From the IMG/VR virus record IMGVR_UViG_3300025732_000016: a DNA stretch of 64,000 bases; one strand, given 5' to 3'. Position 1 is the first letter of the stretch. Every line of letters begins with the position of its first letter. The DNA comes from a virus. Lineage: Duplodnaviria; Caudoviricetes. Both the position numbers and the translations under genes were made by a program. Under the pieces are notes generated by a model that made no database searches, had not been told where the DNA came from, and saw only the letters and a list, made by a program, of their open reading frames with translations. Positions 1-11,000 of this stretch are shown one piece after another.

Positions 1-605
1 TAGGCGAACTTTCCCTCTCGATCGAGGAACTGGTGGCGGTGAATGTCGCCGAACATCCCGTAGTGGCAACCCCTGAACAGGGTGAGATCAACTTCTCCCT
101 CTGTCGCGTAGTCAGAGTCCGTCAACGCACCCTTCACGACACCGTGGAAGATGGAGATGACAATGTCACCTTCACGACTCACACTCTCCCAGCCGTCCTC
201 GTCGAAGGGGCAAAAGTTGGCGATCCGCACTCCGTCCATGTGAGTCGGATAGTTCCCAGAGCCCTTCAGGAGCTTCACTCTGTCATTAGAGAGCGCCCTG
301 ATGATGGGACTGATGGCGTCCTGACGATCCGGGTTGTGGATGAGACCGTCGTGGTTTCCAAGTGTGACATAGGTGGGAGCAATCTCAGAGAAAGAGTTAA
401 ACCACCAAGTGAGGTGCTCAATGATCTCAGGAGAGATTCCCTGAGTCTTGGTGTGGACTATGTCTCCCGCAATGACGATGGCATCGACCTTCTCTTTCCT
501 GAGCTGCCGGAAAGCCTCAGAGAAGACGGTCTTGTACTCTTCATGACGAGAGAGGCCACGCCAGTGTACGTCTGCGAAGTGAGCAATTTTGTAAGTGCGA
601 CTCAA
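1..605 (-). CDS. Mre11/SbcD/T4 gp47-like metallophosphoesterase (recombination nuclease subunit); partial, runs off the left edge
   Basis: Not in the ORF track; translated by hand from a TTG at 605 that overlaps the primase TGA (TTGA): MSRTYKIAHFADVHWRG...IAGDIVHTK...VTLGNHDG...IFHG...FGDIHRHQ. All five calcineurin-like phosphoesterase motifs are present. Confidence 0.88.
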   Translation of the reverse strand, partial: MSRTYKIAHFADVHWRGLSRHEEYKTVFSEAFRQLRKEKVDAIVIAGDIVHTKTQGISPEIIEHLTWWFNSFSEIAPTYVTLGNHDGLIHNPDRQDAISPIIRALSNDRVKLLKGSGNYPTHMDGVRIANFCPFDEDGWESVSREGDIVISIFHGVVKGALTDSDYATEGEVDLTLFRGCHYGMFGDIHRHQFLDREGKFA

Positions 606-1552
606 AGTATCGATCCTGAGCTGATGTTTCTGATGAGATGAAATAGGCGATCATTCGGATTCCACAGCGTGGCTTCCTGCTTTGCCCTCTCTAGCTCTTC
701 ACTTGGCATTTCTCCAACATCTTTGTAGCCTCCAGTCTCTAGAAATCTAACACCAACTCCATGAGAGAACAAGAGCTTTGCGATGTCGTGAGCTTTCTTT
801 CTCACGTCCTTATCCAGTGCGAGTATGACTGGTGTCTGATTGCCAACAATTCTCTGAAAGAGAGCGTGTGAGGTTGAGAGGCTCGAACCCAGCAGACACG
901 TTGTGTTGCCACCGACGGATATGAGGTCGAATGGCCCCTCTACAATAGTTAGCTCTTTCGACCAGTCGATGTCAATCTCATTGAAGATTACGTCCCTCCT
1001 CTCAACTCTCGGGTTGACGTACCTCACCGAGGCGTCATCGATTGCCCTGCCGGTCCAGTAATTGAGCTTTCCCTCGCAGTCGTAGGAAGTGATGACTGCA
1101 CGGCGGCGGCACTTGCCCTTCAAGGCAGTACCGATCCTGTAGCGCCAGATCTCTCTCTCACCGATACCTCGATGATCGAGGTATCGAAGGACGGCATTGT
1201 AGTCTGGGTCGAGTCGTTGGGTGACGAGCGGGACGAAGCCATCGGGAAGGTCGAGGACCTCTTCAGGCTCCGGCTCATCGATGTACTTCTTCTGCTCAGC
1301 GCTGCCGAACTTCTGCAGCCAGCCCGATCGAGACTCCTTCGCGTACTTGCCAAGAAGCGAAGCGATAGACCTGCCTTTTGTCCCGCAGACCCAACAGTGC
1401 CACCTCTCATCATCTAGCTTGACGACGAGTTTGTACTTGTCCTTGTGCTGGCACTTGGGACACTTGAAGCTCGCATTCACACCGTCTTTCGAGAGGTATC
1501 CCGTACCGATTGCGGAGGAAAGGTACCGTAGCCTTTCAACAGCGTCTATCAT
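602..1552 (-). CDS. DnaG-like DNA primase (Zn finger plus Toprim)
   Basis: N-terminal CPKC...CWVC zinc-binding domain; Toprim motifs IVEGPFD and LALDKD; C-terminal KDVGEM. Confidence 0.9.
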   Translation of the reverse strand: MIDAVERLRYLSSAIGTGYLSKDGVNASFKCPKCQHKDKYKLVVKLDDERWHCWVCGTKGRSIASLLGKYAKESRSGWLQKFGSAEQKKYIDEPEPEEVLDLPDGFVPLVTQRLDPDYNAVLRYLDHRGIGEREIWRYRIGTALKGKCRRRAVITSYDCEGKLNYWTGRAIDDASVRYVNPRVERRDVIFNEIDIDWSKELTIVEGPFDLISVGGNTTCLLGSSLSTSHALFQRIVGNQTPVILALDKDVRKKAHDIAKLLFSHGVGVRFLETGGYKDVGEMPSEELERAKQEATLWNPNDRLFHLIRNISSGSIL

Positions 1553-1568
1553 GTTCTATCGTAGATCT

Positions 1569-2198
1569 TTATTCCCGTATTTTCAAGCCGGCATTTGCGA
1601 GGAGGAACGCGTCGGCAGCATCCACGCATCCATCGACGAGGACGGTCTCTCCCTTCCTCTTTCCCGCCTTCATCACTCTCGTCGGCCACACGGACTCATT
1701 GGTTCTATCCATCGCCCACTTGACCACATGCAGCTTCACGTTCTCACCCTTTGGGACCTTCAGACCGACCACGCTACGGGCTCTAGTGGAGGTGATTGAC
1801 ATGGGAGCAATGCCCCAGATCTTCCAGCAGAGGTGTGAGACTATCGCGTTGAACTTCGCGAGTGTGACGATCGTGTGGGCTGTGGAGCCACCCGCTCTGA
1901 AACCGAGGACGTTCTCCTCTACGAAGATCCCGGCGGGTCTCGGTAACGATCGAAGGCCCTTCTCCACGAGGTCCGCCTTGTCATGGTAGGTGGGCAGCCC
2001 AGCGATCTCAAACCAGCCGAGGCGGAAGAGTGAGCCGTCAGGGTTTACCAGTGACCACCCAGTGCAGGACGTCGAGATGTCGAGACCGAGGTAGACCTCA
2101 GAAATCGAACTTGACTTTGATGACAAACTTATCTGAGAGCCGCTTTGCGATTGGTTGTGCAAGCTCGGCTCTTCCGACAATGTTGAGGTTCTCGTCAT
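1569..2198 (-). CDS. RuvC-like Holliday junction resolvase (true start probably downstream of 2198, e.g. TTG at 2126)
   Basis: YLGLDISTSCTGWSL first strand with catalytic Asp, IFVEEN Glu, C-terminal DAADAFLLA acidic pair. The ORF-track N-terminus overlaps the upstream structural gene. Confidence 0.85.
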   Translation of the reverse strand: MTRTSTLSEEPSLHNQSQSGSQISLSSKSSSISEVYLGLDISTSCTGWSLVNPDGSLFRLGWFEIAGLPTYHDKADLVEKGLRSLPRPAGIFVEENVLGFRAGGSTAHTIVTLAKFNAIVSHLCWKIWGIAPMSITSTRARSVVGLKVPKGENVKLHVVKWAMDRTNESVWPTRVMKAGKRKGETVLVDGCVDAADAFLLANAGLKIRE

Positions 2199-4350
2199 GG
2201 AAATTAACTCTTGAGATGTAGACTATCGGATCACCCGCTTCGTTAGCGTAGTCCGAAGCCGTCAAAGGAAGGTAAGACGGCATTGAGCTCGAGTTAATCT
2301 GGTACGCAGGAACCGTGACGTTCGTCGTGAGCAGGGGGACAGAGTGCTCACCCTTGAATGAAACTTCAAAAGAGTCCTTGCCAAAAAGCTCGCCGAAATA
2401 AGGTGAAGTAAGGACTGCGAGCCCCTCCTCATACAACAGAGTTCCAACACTGTTCCACTTTGCGTGAGTGGTGCTAGCATTCGCTCTATAGAGACCACCC
2501 ATCCCGTTGTCTTTCACTTTGAAGGAGAGAAGACCTTGACTGCCAGTGAAAGAGGGGTCAGTGAGCTCATAGGAGCCCGGATGTATCTTGCTTCCATAGA
2601 AGAGGTTAGAAGCGTCGAAGATCGTGATGAGATTTGAGGATTGATCTTTTGTTCTTTGGAAGATTGTAAGAGATGAGCCGACAGGGTTGCTCATCGAGGT
2701 GGGAGTCGCTCCACCAACTTCATCTGCCATTCCTTCATTCTCAAACCCAAGATCGAGAGGGTCGCCAAGCATCTCACTAAGATCTACGTTACCAGGTGTG
2801 TTCCTGTAGAACGGTGATGAGGCTGATGTCAGAAGAGAGAAGTTGGGGAAGAACTTTCCATTATCGCAAGGAAGAATGAGAAGGTTCTTTCTGACAGCAG
2901 ACGCTGTCGCAAAGAGATACTGGTTGGCTTCAAGACTCGACAGGTTCTGCTGTGTTATGATTGAAGCCGTCATGTTTAGCAGTCTAGGGAAGTATCCTGA
3001 CGCGTACTCTCTGAGATGATTCTCGGCATTGATGAGGTGTCCACCGACTCCGAATGAGAGATCAGTTGCGAACGGTGCGTTCGTTGAAGTCGTCACAGAT
3101 TGAAAAGGAGTGTACATTACCTCTCTAGTGAGAGATTCGTGACCGAAGAAAGGACCGAGGTAGAATTTCAGCGTGCTATCAACTGATTCGACTCCGTTTT
3201 TTGCTCCCGACCTGATGAGTTCAAGATTTCTGTAGTCCTGCCAGATGCGAATTTCATGAAGCTCACCGCCGAACTGATGGGACATTTCATACGTGGGAAA
3301 TGCTGGCGCGGTTCCAAACGGATTTGTGAAACCCTCTTCAACTGCAGTGTCTTCATCGAAGAAGCCGTGGGTCCCGTTAACTCCATCGTAATAGTTTCCG
3401 ATGAAAAGAGCTCTAGAATGCTCTACGTAATCAGTTCTCGTCACAGACTCAGAAGGAATGTAGAAGTCACCAGATCTTACTCCGTCGATGAAGAAAGAAC
3501 CAGAGCCAAAGTCCGAGTTCAGTCCGCCCCATCTCACAGCAACGTGATGCCATCCATTGAATGTGATTGAGTCATCACTCAAAAATACGAGATCACTTGG
3601 ATACGGTCTAGCATTATTGGCTATGCTGAGGTCGACTGAAGATGGTGGGATATCTGCACTTTGTGATAGCTGGACCATCACGCGAAAAGAATCGGGATTT
3701 CCGAAAGCGTCAATGCTGCTGCCGCTCACAAGCGAGATCGCGAATGACGAGGAAACGTGAAGTATCGTTCCTGCGCGATGAGTACCAGAGACTCTCATCG
3801 TTGGCTTGACGTAGAACTCAAACGTGAAAGCGCCGCTGGGTGTCAGTTTCGGTTGCGATCCGACTGTCGGGTTCGCGTAGACTAGAGCAGAGCCGCTCGC
3901 GAAACCGGAACCCGACATGAAGTTGAGAGAGAGGTAGTTCGTGTATCCCCAGTAACTTGAGGGATACGCAGTTGCGTAGTAAGGATATAGGATTGATCTG
4001 ACTACGCCTTTCCTCTGAGTGTCACTCGTGAAACGGAATGATGGCTCAAACCTCAACACCTCAACCTGTTTTGATCTTCTTGGAGAAGTTGAAGCGCTGT
4101 TCACAAGATCCATGTACTTCGAGATCGCGCGACTCACATCGCTGCCAGAAGTTGCAGTCTCCAAAGTTGACTCGAGGCTCTCGTCATCGAACGTATCTGA
4201 GAACGCTACGTACTTCTCAGAGGGGCTCGATTGCGGGAAAACTCTTACAGCTCCTGTCACACCAGACGAGGAAGAAGAGAAAGTCCTCGACGGGCGTGCG
4301 ATGAATGTGTAATTCTCGAAGAGTCCCGCCGATGTCTTGATGAGGGACAT
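2098..4350 (-). CDS. Virion (baseplate/tail) protein with LamG-like domain and C-terminal tail-collar-like domain
   Basis: LamG-like FTFEFYVKP...GWHHVAVRW...FFIDGV...LHEIRIW. C-terminus ISRVNFHDENLNIVGRAELAQPIAK...VKFDF is paralogous to that of the 4361-5638 protein. Confidence 0.7.
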   Translation of the reverse strand: MSLIKTSAGLFENYTFIARPSRTFSSSSSGVTGAVRVFPQSSPSEKYVAFSDTFDDESLESTLETATSGSDVSRAISKYMDLVNSASTSPRRSKQVEVLRFEPSFRFTSDTQRKGVVRSILYPYYATAYPSSYWGYTNYLSLNFMSGSGFASGSALVYANPTVGSQPKLTPSGAFTFEFYVKPTMRVSGTHRAGTILHVSSSFAISLVSGSSIDAFGNPDSFRVMVQLSQSADIPPSSVDLSIANNARPYPSDLVFLSDDSITFNGWHHVAVRWGGLNSDFGSGSFFIDGVRSGDFYIPSESVTRTDYVEHSRALFIGNYYDGVNGTHGFFDEDTAVEEGFTNPFGTAPAFPTYEMSHQFGGELHEIRIWQDYRNLELIRSGAKNGVESVDSTLKFYLGPFFGHESLTREVMYTPFQSVTTSTNAPFATDLSFGVGGHLINAENHLREYASGYFPRLLNMTASIITQQNLSSLEANQYLFATASAVRKNLLILPCDNGKFFPNFSLLTSASSPFYRNTPGNVDLSEMLGDPLDLGFENEGMADEVGGATPTSMSNPVGSSLTIFQRTKDQSSNLITIFDASNLFYGSKIHPGSYELTDPSFTGSQGLLSFKVKDNGMGGLYRANASTTHAKWNSVGTLLYEEGLAVLTSPYFGELFGKDSFEVSFKGEHSVPLLTTNVTVPAYQINSSSMPSYLPLTASDYANEAGDPIVYISRVNFHDENLNIVGRAELAQPIAKRLSDKFVIKVKFDF

Positions 4351-4360
4351 TGATCCCTCC

Positions 4361-5638
4361 TTAGAAGTCCAGTCTCACTCTAACTGTCAAATCCTTCTCA
4401 TCGTTCTTCTCGATGGGTCTTGAGAACTTAGCAACTGCAAGGAGCCTATTCTGCTCATCGTAGAGTCCCACTGTTGTCGGATACGTGAAAGGTCTCGCGT
4501 CATTGATTCCGAGTGACTCCTGCGCCTGCATCACAACTAGATTTCCAGAATCGTCAAAGTATGTTGGATTGTTGGAGTAGTTGAACTCATCAGCGCCAGC
4601 TCTGCAGAAGAACAGAGTTGAGTTCACGCTCGTCAGATTCTGGAATGTGATTCCAGTAAGAGACCCAGACGACATTCTAGTGGTTGTGAAGTACGTGACA
4701 AGGTCATCCATGGACGCAGAAACCATGAGATCGGGTATTAGCGTAGCGCTGGGGTTTGAAGATGGGAATGAGCTCGAACCAACGATAGTCTGGTTAGAGA
4801 GCGCGGGAGATACCGCTCCGGTTACTGCGCTAATAACACCTGACACGTGCTGGTTCGCATAGCAGATCTTCTTCAGGTCAAACACTGCGATGCCCGCATC
4901 GTACCACAAGAGACCTACTGTCTTTGAAGTGTCTGCAGAGTCTATGATAGATCCGACCCTACCGCCGAACAGATTGGCAAGATTTGACGCTTGAGTGGAG
5001 TCAGTGAAGATTGCACTGCCCGAAGGAGATGTAATGTTTACGTTACTGCCAGTGTATCCGTTCGCAATATCAGTGTGAAAACCAGTGGCTCCATCATACA
5101 CTCCCGTCGTATAGAATCGCATCGCGAAAGTGTTTCTCTTGATCGCATCACGTGCAAACAGTCTCTTGAAGGAAATAAACAGAGCCTCGTCTATTCTATC
5201 AGTCGTTGTTGTAGAAGTTGTAGGAGCGAAGAAAGAAGTCTCAGAATCTCCAAGAAGCTTCCCAGCAAAGAGCTTGTACATCTCTACTTTCTCTCTCATC
5301 ATGAGAGAAGAGGTGGCGTACAGGTTCTTACCACGAGAATCGACAGCCTGAACTGCGTCGAGTGCAGTTGAACCGCTCCAGTACAACCCCACGGTTGTGT
5401 CAAACATCGCGTTAGAGACTTGGAGAGTGTAGTCTTGATCGTAGACTGTCTGGAACAGCGACGAGGTCACTGCGTAGTTTGTGACGCCATCAGACGACGC
5501 AGTAACAAAGATAGCGTACTGCTTTCTCGTAAACGATCCAGAGATATCCTGCTGTACGATGTCAACGAGCTGCGAGAGCTGTGTCTTCACAGACTTAATG
5601 TCGCTGCTAACGTCGAGATCCTTGAATGTAGTTGCCAT
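4361..5638 (-). CDS. Virion structural protein with C-terminal tail-collar-fibre (DUF3751-like) motif
   Basis: C-terminus YPTTVGLYDEQNRLLAVAKFSRPIEK...VRLDF resembles the EIGLfD.dG.liAva motif of tail-collar fibre proteins; S/T/G-rich; lies in the structural block. Confidence 0.62.
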   Translation of the reverse strand: MATTFKDLDVSSDIKSVKTQLSQLVDIVQQDISGSFTRKQYAIFVTASSDGVTNYAVTSSLFQTVYDQDYTLQVSNAMFDTTVGLYWSGSTALDAVQAVDSRGKNLYATSSLMMREKVEMYKLFAGKLLGDSETSFFAPTTSTTTTDRIDEALFISFKRLFARDAIKRNTFAMRFYTTGVYDGATGFHTDIANGYTGSNVNITSPSGSAIFTDSTQASNLANLFGGRVGSIIDSADTSKTVGLLWYDAGIAVFDLKKICYANQHVSGVISAVTGAVSPALSNQTIVGSSSFPSSNPSATLIPDLMVSASMDDLVTYFTTTRMSSGSLTGITFQNLTSVNSTLFFCRAGADEFNYSNNPTYFDDSGNLVVMQAQESLGINDARPFTYPTTVGLYDEQNRLLAVAKFSRPIEKNDEKDLTVRVRLDF

Positions 5639-5652
5639 CTGTCTGGGCTCCG

Positions 5653-6354
5653 TTATGTCTTTGTGATACTGACGGTGAGATCAGTTGTGATGCCCGATCT
5701 TGCTCCAATGATTCTCACAGGCGTGGTGATAGTAGATCCGTCGCCGTAAGTCGTGAAGTCCGAACTCGTATTCGTGAGAATGGTCCGCAGATTGAATGTC
5801 GCGGTAGGAGAAGCTCCAAGAGCAGATATGATTTCGTAAACGTCCACGCCGTTCGGTTGAGAAACTTCGACAGGAGCGCTGATGGCGAGAAACCGGCGAT
5901 TCAGCTTCACGAAGAACAGATCTTCAGCAAGCTCTGCGTTCACGGTAGACTCTCCAGATGGTGGAGATTGTGTAATGAGAACCTGCGTGAACCCGCTGGA
6001 GGTGCTTGACGCTACAAGATTCACCGCTCTAGAACTGATCGATGCTCCGCCCGTTGAAGCAAGCGTTAGGCTCGGGTAAGCCGTAAGAGCCACTGCGCTA
6101 ATACTGACACAGTTGTACTTCAGCGCAAGATCGGTGTTGGTCTGCGCTTCAAAGACTGGAGTGTTCTTCTCAATCTTCTCTTTACCGACTGTAAGGCCGA
6201 ATCTTGTGATGATGCCGTAATCGACCTCATCATCAGCAAAAGAGAATCTTCTGATTGAGAAGCTGTTATCGTTGGCTGCTAAAAGCTGCCTACCGAGGTC
6301 CGTGAGGACTGCGTCAACGACTATGTTGGCGTTTGAATTGTCGAGGAAACCCAT
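5653..6354 (-). CDS. Virion structural protein, N-terminus resembling the start of tail-collar-fibre domains
   Basis: MGFLDNSNANIVVDAVLTDLGRQLLAANDNSFSIRRFSFADDEVDY; paralogous N-terminus in 14306-15196; upstream AGGAG. Confidence 0.6.
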   Translation of the reverse strand: MGFLDNSNANIVVDAVLTDLGRQLLAANDNSFSIRRFSFADDEVDYGIITRFGLTVGKEKIEKNTPVFEAQTNTDLALKYNCVSISAVALTAYPSLTLASTGGASISSRAVNLVASSTSSGFTQVLITQSPPSGESTVNAELAEDLFFVKLNRRFLAISAPVEVSQPNGVDVYEIISALGASPTATFNLRTILTNTSSDFTTYGDGSTITTPVRIIGARSGITTDLTVSITKT

Positions 6355-6383
6355 GGTGCTCCTGATGTCTTACTCTTTTACAC

Positions 6384-8096
6384 TCACGTAGAACGTAAAT
6401 CGTTGATGGTGATCGGAACAGCGACCTGTTCCGCCCTTGTTGTATCTATCACATTCATGTAGTACTTCGCACCGGAAGAACCATACTTTATGAGCTCTAG
6501 ATCGTTGCCCTTTCTGTCGGTCACTTGCAGGTATTCTGGATCAAACACTATGCTAACGGAAGAGACTCCACTCCTCGTGATAGTGTCTAGAGTTAGAGTA
6601 CCCGAGACGTCAACATAGAGATTTGGGTAAGGTCTTGGAGCGTTTGCGGGAGACACGCACTTGACAACGATGTTGTTCAGTCTTCGGTTGAAACTCACTT
6701 TGTACTGCGACGAATAATTCGAGACGTAACCATGAGCATCTACGCAGCAAATAGCGTAGATGTACTCTGAGCTCCTTCCGAAGTCGTGATCAATTGCTCT
6801 CCTCACAGGAAACTTAGTTCTCACAACGTTGACAGGAAGCGGTCTTTCGATCCTCCTGAAGTTCACGACACTCTGGTCAAAGTCAAATTCTTTCAACAGC
6901 GTAAAGGGCTCTGTGAGGCTCTTCCTCCTGAAGAGCTGGAACCTTGTTACGTCTCTTGACCTGTTTACAGGGAACTCCCATCGAATAGCGAGTTCGCTTC
7001 TTTGGTGATCAAAATTGAACCTGACATCTGATGGAGGGGGCGGCGGGACATATTCTTCAGTGGTCACTGAAGAGACGTTAGAGGGAGCAGAAGAGATAAG
7101 AACTTTGCTCGTTACGCTGTCACCTCGACGCAAGAGAATCTCTGGGACTTGGATCGAGTAAACCGCCCTAACGATGTACGAATACCTCGTACCGTATCTT
7201 ACGTTATAGTCAATGAAGCTGTTAGTTTTTGGATCAACTGCACCGACTAAAGTTTTCTCGCGGCGTCCACTTGAGAACTCTTCGACTCTCTCTATCATGA
7301 AACCAACTAGCTTGAGCTTTTTGCTAACTTGGACGTCGGCTCCCTTGACCCTTCTCTCGAAGAATGTGACGGGTGAAAGAATGGAAGTGAAATCTTTGTC
7401 AGATATAGTGGGAGGCTTTCTTCTCTCTGAGTCTTGTCTTTCAGTGAGATATTTTGACATCAGTCCAGCAGCGACTGGTGAGCGACTTGGAGAATCAGTT
7501 TCCGCTGAGGCGACTACGTCTGCAACTACTTTATCATACACCAGCATCGTTACTGGAAGACCTGATGCGAGCTGGAACTTTTCTGCTGGGATTTCTTCAC
7601 CGTTAGTGAAGAAACTCATGTTATTGGCAGAATAGTTCACTGCAAGTGACTGCAAAGTATCTGAGTCTACAGAACCTGATATTGCGAGAGAGAGCGACAT
7701 TGCCTTGTCAGTAGGGTTGCCCGTGATACCGCGAATGCGACACGATCTCTCGATAGAATCATACGCTCTCTCCAACAGACCCGTGTCTTGCAAAGTTAGA
7801 TAGGTGTTTGACATGTTCGGCACGTCTTCAATGCTATGAACTCTGTCAATGTCGCTAACAAACATCGCGTAATCTACGTTGTCCCCCACCTCTTCGTTTG
7901 CTGATAACTTTGGAGCCTTAAAGCTAAGAGTTACTTCTCTTGGAGACCCTTCTCTCGAAGACCTGTATTGAGTAGTGTCATCAGTCGCAGATTCTTCGGG
8001 AACGTAGTACCTGTAAGTGAACTTGGTCACGAGACTAGTCGGTTGTGAAAGACCGACAGTGGCGAGAACGTTCGAGTAAAGTGTCTTTTTTGTCAT
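6384..8096 (-). CDS. Structural protein with two fibronectin type III-like domains
   Basis: FIDYNVRYGTRYSYIVRAV and PPPPSDV...LAIRWEFP...RFQLFRR...YIYAICCVDAHGYVSNYS are FN3-like signatures. ATG at 8096 follows the upstream stop directly (ORF track starts at 8111). Confidence 0.6.
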   Translation of the reverse strand: MTKKTLYSNVLATVGLSQPTSLVTKFTYRYYVPEESATDDTTQYRSSREGSPREVTLSFKAPKLSANEEVGDNVDYAMFVSDIDRVHSIEDVPNMSNTYLTLQDTGLLERAYDSIERSCRIRGITGNPTDKAMSLSLAISGSVDSDTLQSLAVNYSANNMSFFTNGEEIPAEKFQLASGLPVTMLVYDKVVADVVASAETDSPSRSPVAAGLMSKYLTERQDSERRKPPTISDKDFTSILSPVTFFERRVKGADVQVSKKLKLVGFMIERVEEFSSGRREKTLVGAVDPKTNSFIDYNVRYGTRYSYIVRAVYSIQVPEILLRRGDSVTSKVLISSAPSNVSSVTTEEYVPPPPPSDVRFNFDHQRSELAIRWEFPVNRSRDVTRFQLFRRKSLTEPFTLLKEFDFDQSVVNFRRIERPLPVNVVRTKFPVRRAIDHDFGRSSEYIYAICCVDAHGYVSNYSSQYKVSFNRRLNNIVVKCVSPANAPRPYPNLYVDVSGTLTLDTITRSGVSSVSIVFDPEYLQVTDRKGNDLELIKYGSSGAKYYMNVIDTTRAEQVAVPITINDLRST

Positions 8097-8097
8097 G

Positions 8098-11000
8098 TCA
8101 CTCAGCCTCAACTTTTATCGAGCACAAAGAAATTTCTCTAGCAGCAGTGTCCCTAAGCTGCTGCCCATCCTGTTGAACAATCAAGTCATTCGGATCGTAG
8201 ACAAAGCAATACACTCTTTCGAAAGGGTCTGGTGTCAAGACTCGATTCGCAGAAGTACCTGCCGTGAAGATTCCCGAATCTAGCAGTTTTAGCAGCAAAC
8301 TGTGGTCAGAAGGAGTCGTAAGATCAGGTGATTTGCCACTAAGACTTGAGTACGGTATCACAGCGTAGTTGCCGTCGACAGTCTGCTCGAGGAAATCAGA
8401 CGCAGTGAGAGAACCTCGAGGTATTAGCCCTTCTCTAGCTGTACCAAGCAAAGTCAAAAGCTGACCTGCTGCAGTGGCAGAAATTGATCGTTTTGAAGAG
8501 CACACTGAGTACGCGCTGAAGTCTATCCCGCTGACAACTCTTACTGTCGCTTTCAATATCGCATCAACAACGTGAAACCTGATCGCGTCATCGACGATTG
8601 ACCTGGATATGTTGGGTAGACTCTGATCGTCTCCCGCAGAACTAAAGTTTCCGCCGCTTCCTATGAACGATCGACACTCTTCATAAGAGCAGCTTACCCA
8701 AGTGCTAGTTCCCCTGTCGTAACACTCAAAAGAAACTGCGCCAGATGAAGCAACTCCAAGAGGAGTTAGATTCTCGTCTATTTCGTCTGTGATGTAGCAA
8801 TTGACGAGCGGATGAAACCTTCCAATAGTCAACGGAGTAACAGATGCGTAAGGGTTCTGTATCGACCGCGCAGCCAACGTCAATGAGTACTTTGAAAGAT
8901 TCTTATTCATTGACAACTGTCCTGAAGCGACTTTGTCATCTTTGACTTCTATCTCTGATCTGCTTAGCATCGAACAAAGACCCGCTGGGATCCCCATAAC
9001 AAGGCACGTCTTATCAGATGACAAGTCATTTTTGTAGTAGCTGTAAAACCACCTAGCAGCGCTAACATCGTAGATGCTAAGAGACTCTTCGAAAGACTCA
9101 CTTACTCCTCGGTACATCTTCTCCTTAAGAGAGAGCGAAGAAGCCACTTCACTGCTGAAGTTTGCAACAACATCATTTCTTACGCGAGTTGAAACACTCG
9201 CAGTTTTTTCTGCAACTGACGTGATAGCGTTTGAAAAATTTTCACAAGAAGTGTTGATGATATCAGCAATCGCAGCCAGTGATGCCACAGCTATTTTTGT
9301 GCTCTTTTGTCTCTTGACCAGATCATTCAGCACTGACGCAAGACTGTTATACATCACAGTGCTTGTAGTCGCTGAGAGACCTGAACTCGTGTGAGCACTG
9401 GACAGGTATGTCGTTACGTCTCCGCTTAACTGAGAAGCAGATTCACAGAAACTAAGAATCTCGTAGAAATTACTGTTGACGCTAAGATACCATACAGTCG
9501 ATTGCTGGGTGTAAGAGACAGTCTCTGTGCCTCCTCCAGTCGTGCTCTTCGTGTAAGTGATTTGTTCATCTTCCAGGACACCAACGTAACCCGGTCCCAA
9601 GAAATAGTTGACCAGGTTGCCCATGCACTCGAAGATCACATCGATGATTCCCCTCTTAGTGCAGGTACCGTTCCCAGTAATGAACAGACCATCGGGAGCT
9701 ACGTCGTCTAATGTCTTCCCATATAGCTCTTCATAGAGAGCGACAAGCTCATCGTAGAACTCGAGTATCGAGTTTGCGATAGTTTTCCCATTCTCACTCC
9801 TCGAAAAATTCTTGAAGCCATCGTAGACTTCTGTGAAGAGCACATTACCCGTTGAAGGATACCCACCCCTTCCTGATATGAGAGAATCTTTCACGCTAGT
9901 CAATACACTGCTGGCTCGTGGAGCATTGTAGTTCCACCCTTCGATGCTGTAGTCATTAGCGTACTCCGAGCTTCCTCCTGGTGTAAAGCTGGGTGACAAC
10001 CAGATCGAATTCCCCCAGCTGTTCCTCGCCGCGCTCGTTGTTGTCGAGTCGAGTTGCAGCAACTTACCCTTCGTGAAGTGCAGGCTATCAGAAGGAAAGT
10101 TCTTGATCCTTTCTGGTTCGTTGAAAATTGAGTCTACGTTAGGAGTCGGAGCAGCTTCTAGAGTCTTAGTCTTGAGCTTTCTGCTACCGACTTTTGCTCC
10201 TACAGTGCGCGGGCTGGTACCAGAAGTATCCCCACTATCTTCTATCTCTGACTTAGATTCATTCACCTCATCATATTCTTCTGACGTTCCCGCATCGAAA
10301 GCATACTCTTCATCAAGAAGAAGCGTAAGTAGCACGCCTCTCATGAAACCATTGAACTTGGTTGAGCTCGTAGAAGTCTTCATTGCGAACGCCATCATCA
10401 AGGCGTCAGTGATCTCAGCGTTGTTGGTAAAAGTTGAAGTCTCTTTACCGGAATGGAGAGTCTCAAACGAATCCTTAAGCTTCCCGAGAAGACGAAGATA
10501 AATGTCGATAGGAGTGCCAGCTTCATTTGCTGAAGCTATTCCTGTCTTAGTCTTGGCTGCCTCGTAAGAATTAGAAAAGCTTGTCGAAACTTTGCTGGTG
10601 AAGTTGCTTATTCCGCTAGTTGAAAGTTTCTTGACTGCTGGGTTGATGATGCCTTCGTAGTGAGAAGGGGTGATTTTATTGTCAGTCTTCAAACCTTGAG
10701 ACTCAAAGACGTTGCTGCCTGAGTACATGGTGGGTGTACTTATCACTGCACTGCTGGTCACACCAGTAAAAGTGTCTGTGAATACTCTAGACAGAAACTC
10801 CGCGCACGATGAGACTTTTGACAGTCTCGAAAGACTTGAGTAGTTTGTTATTTTGCCATCGTCAAAAAGACGATCTTTTGAAGTGACCTTTGCGTCAACA
10901 GAAAAGTACCCCTTTGATAATCCCACTAAGAGAGTTCCTTGGGTAGTAGAGGTCGTGCTTTCTGCTGACGCTGCTGCTGCAACTTTGCTAATGGTTTTGA

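Noticed and set aside
33-641. 202-aa plus-strand ORF
   Set aside because: Antisense shadow of the minus-strand phosphoesterase, which has all catalytic motifs; the plus-strand product has none.
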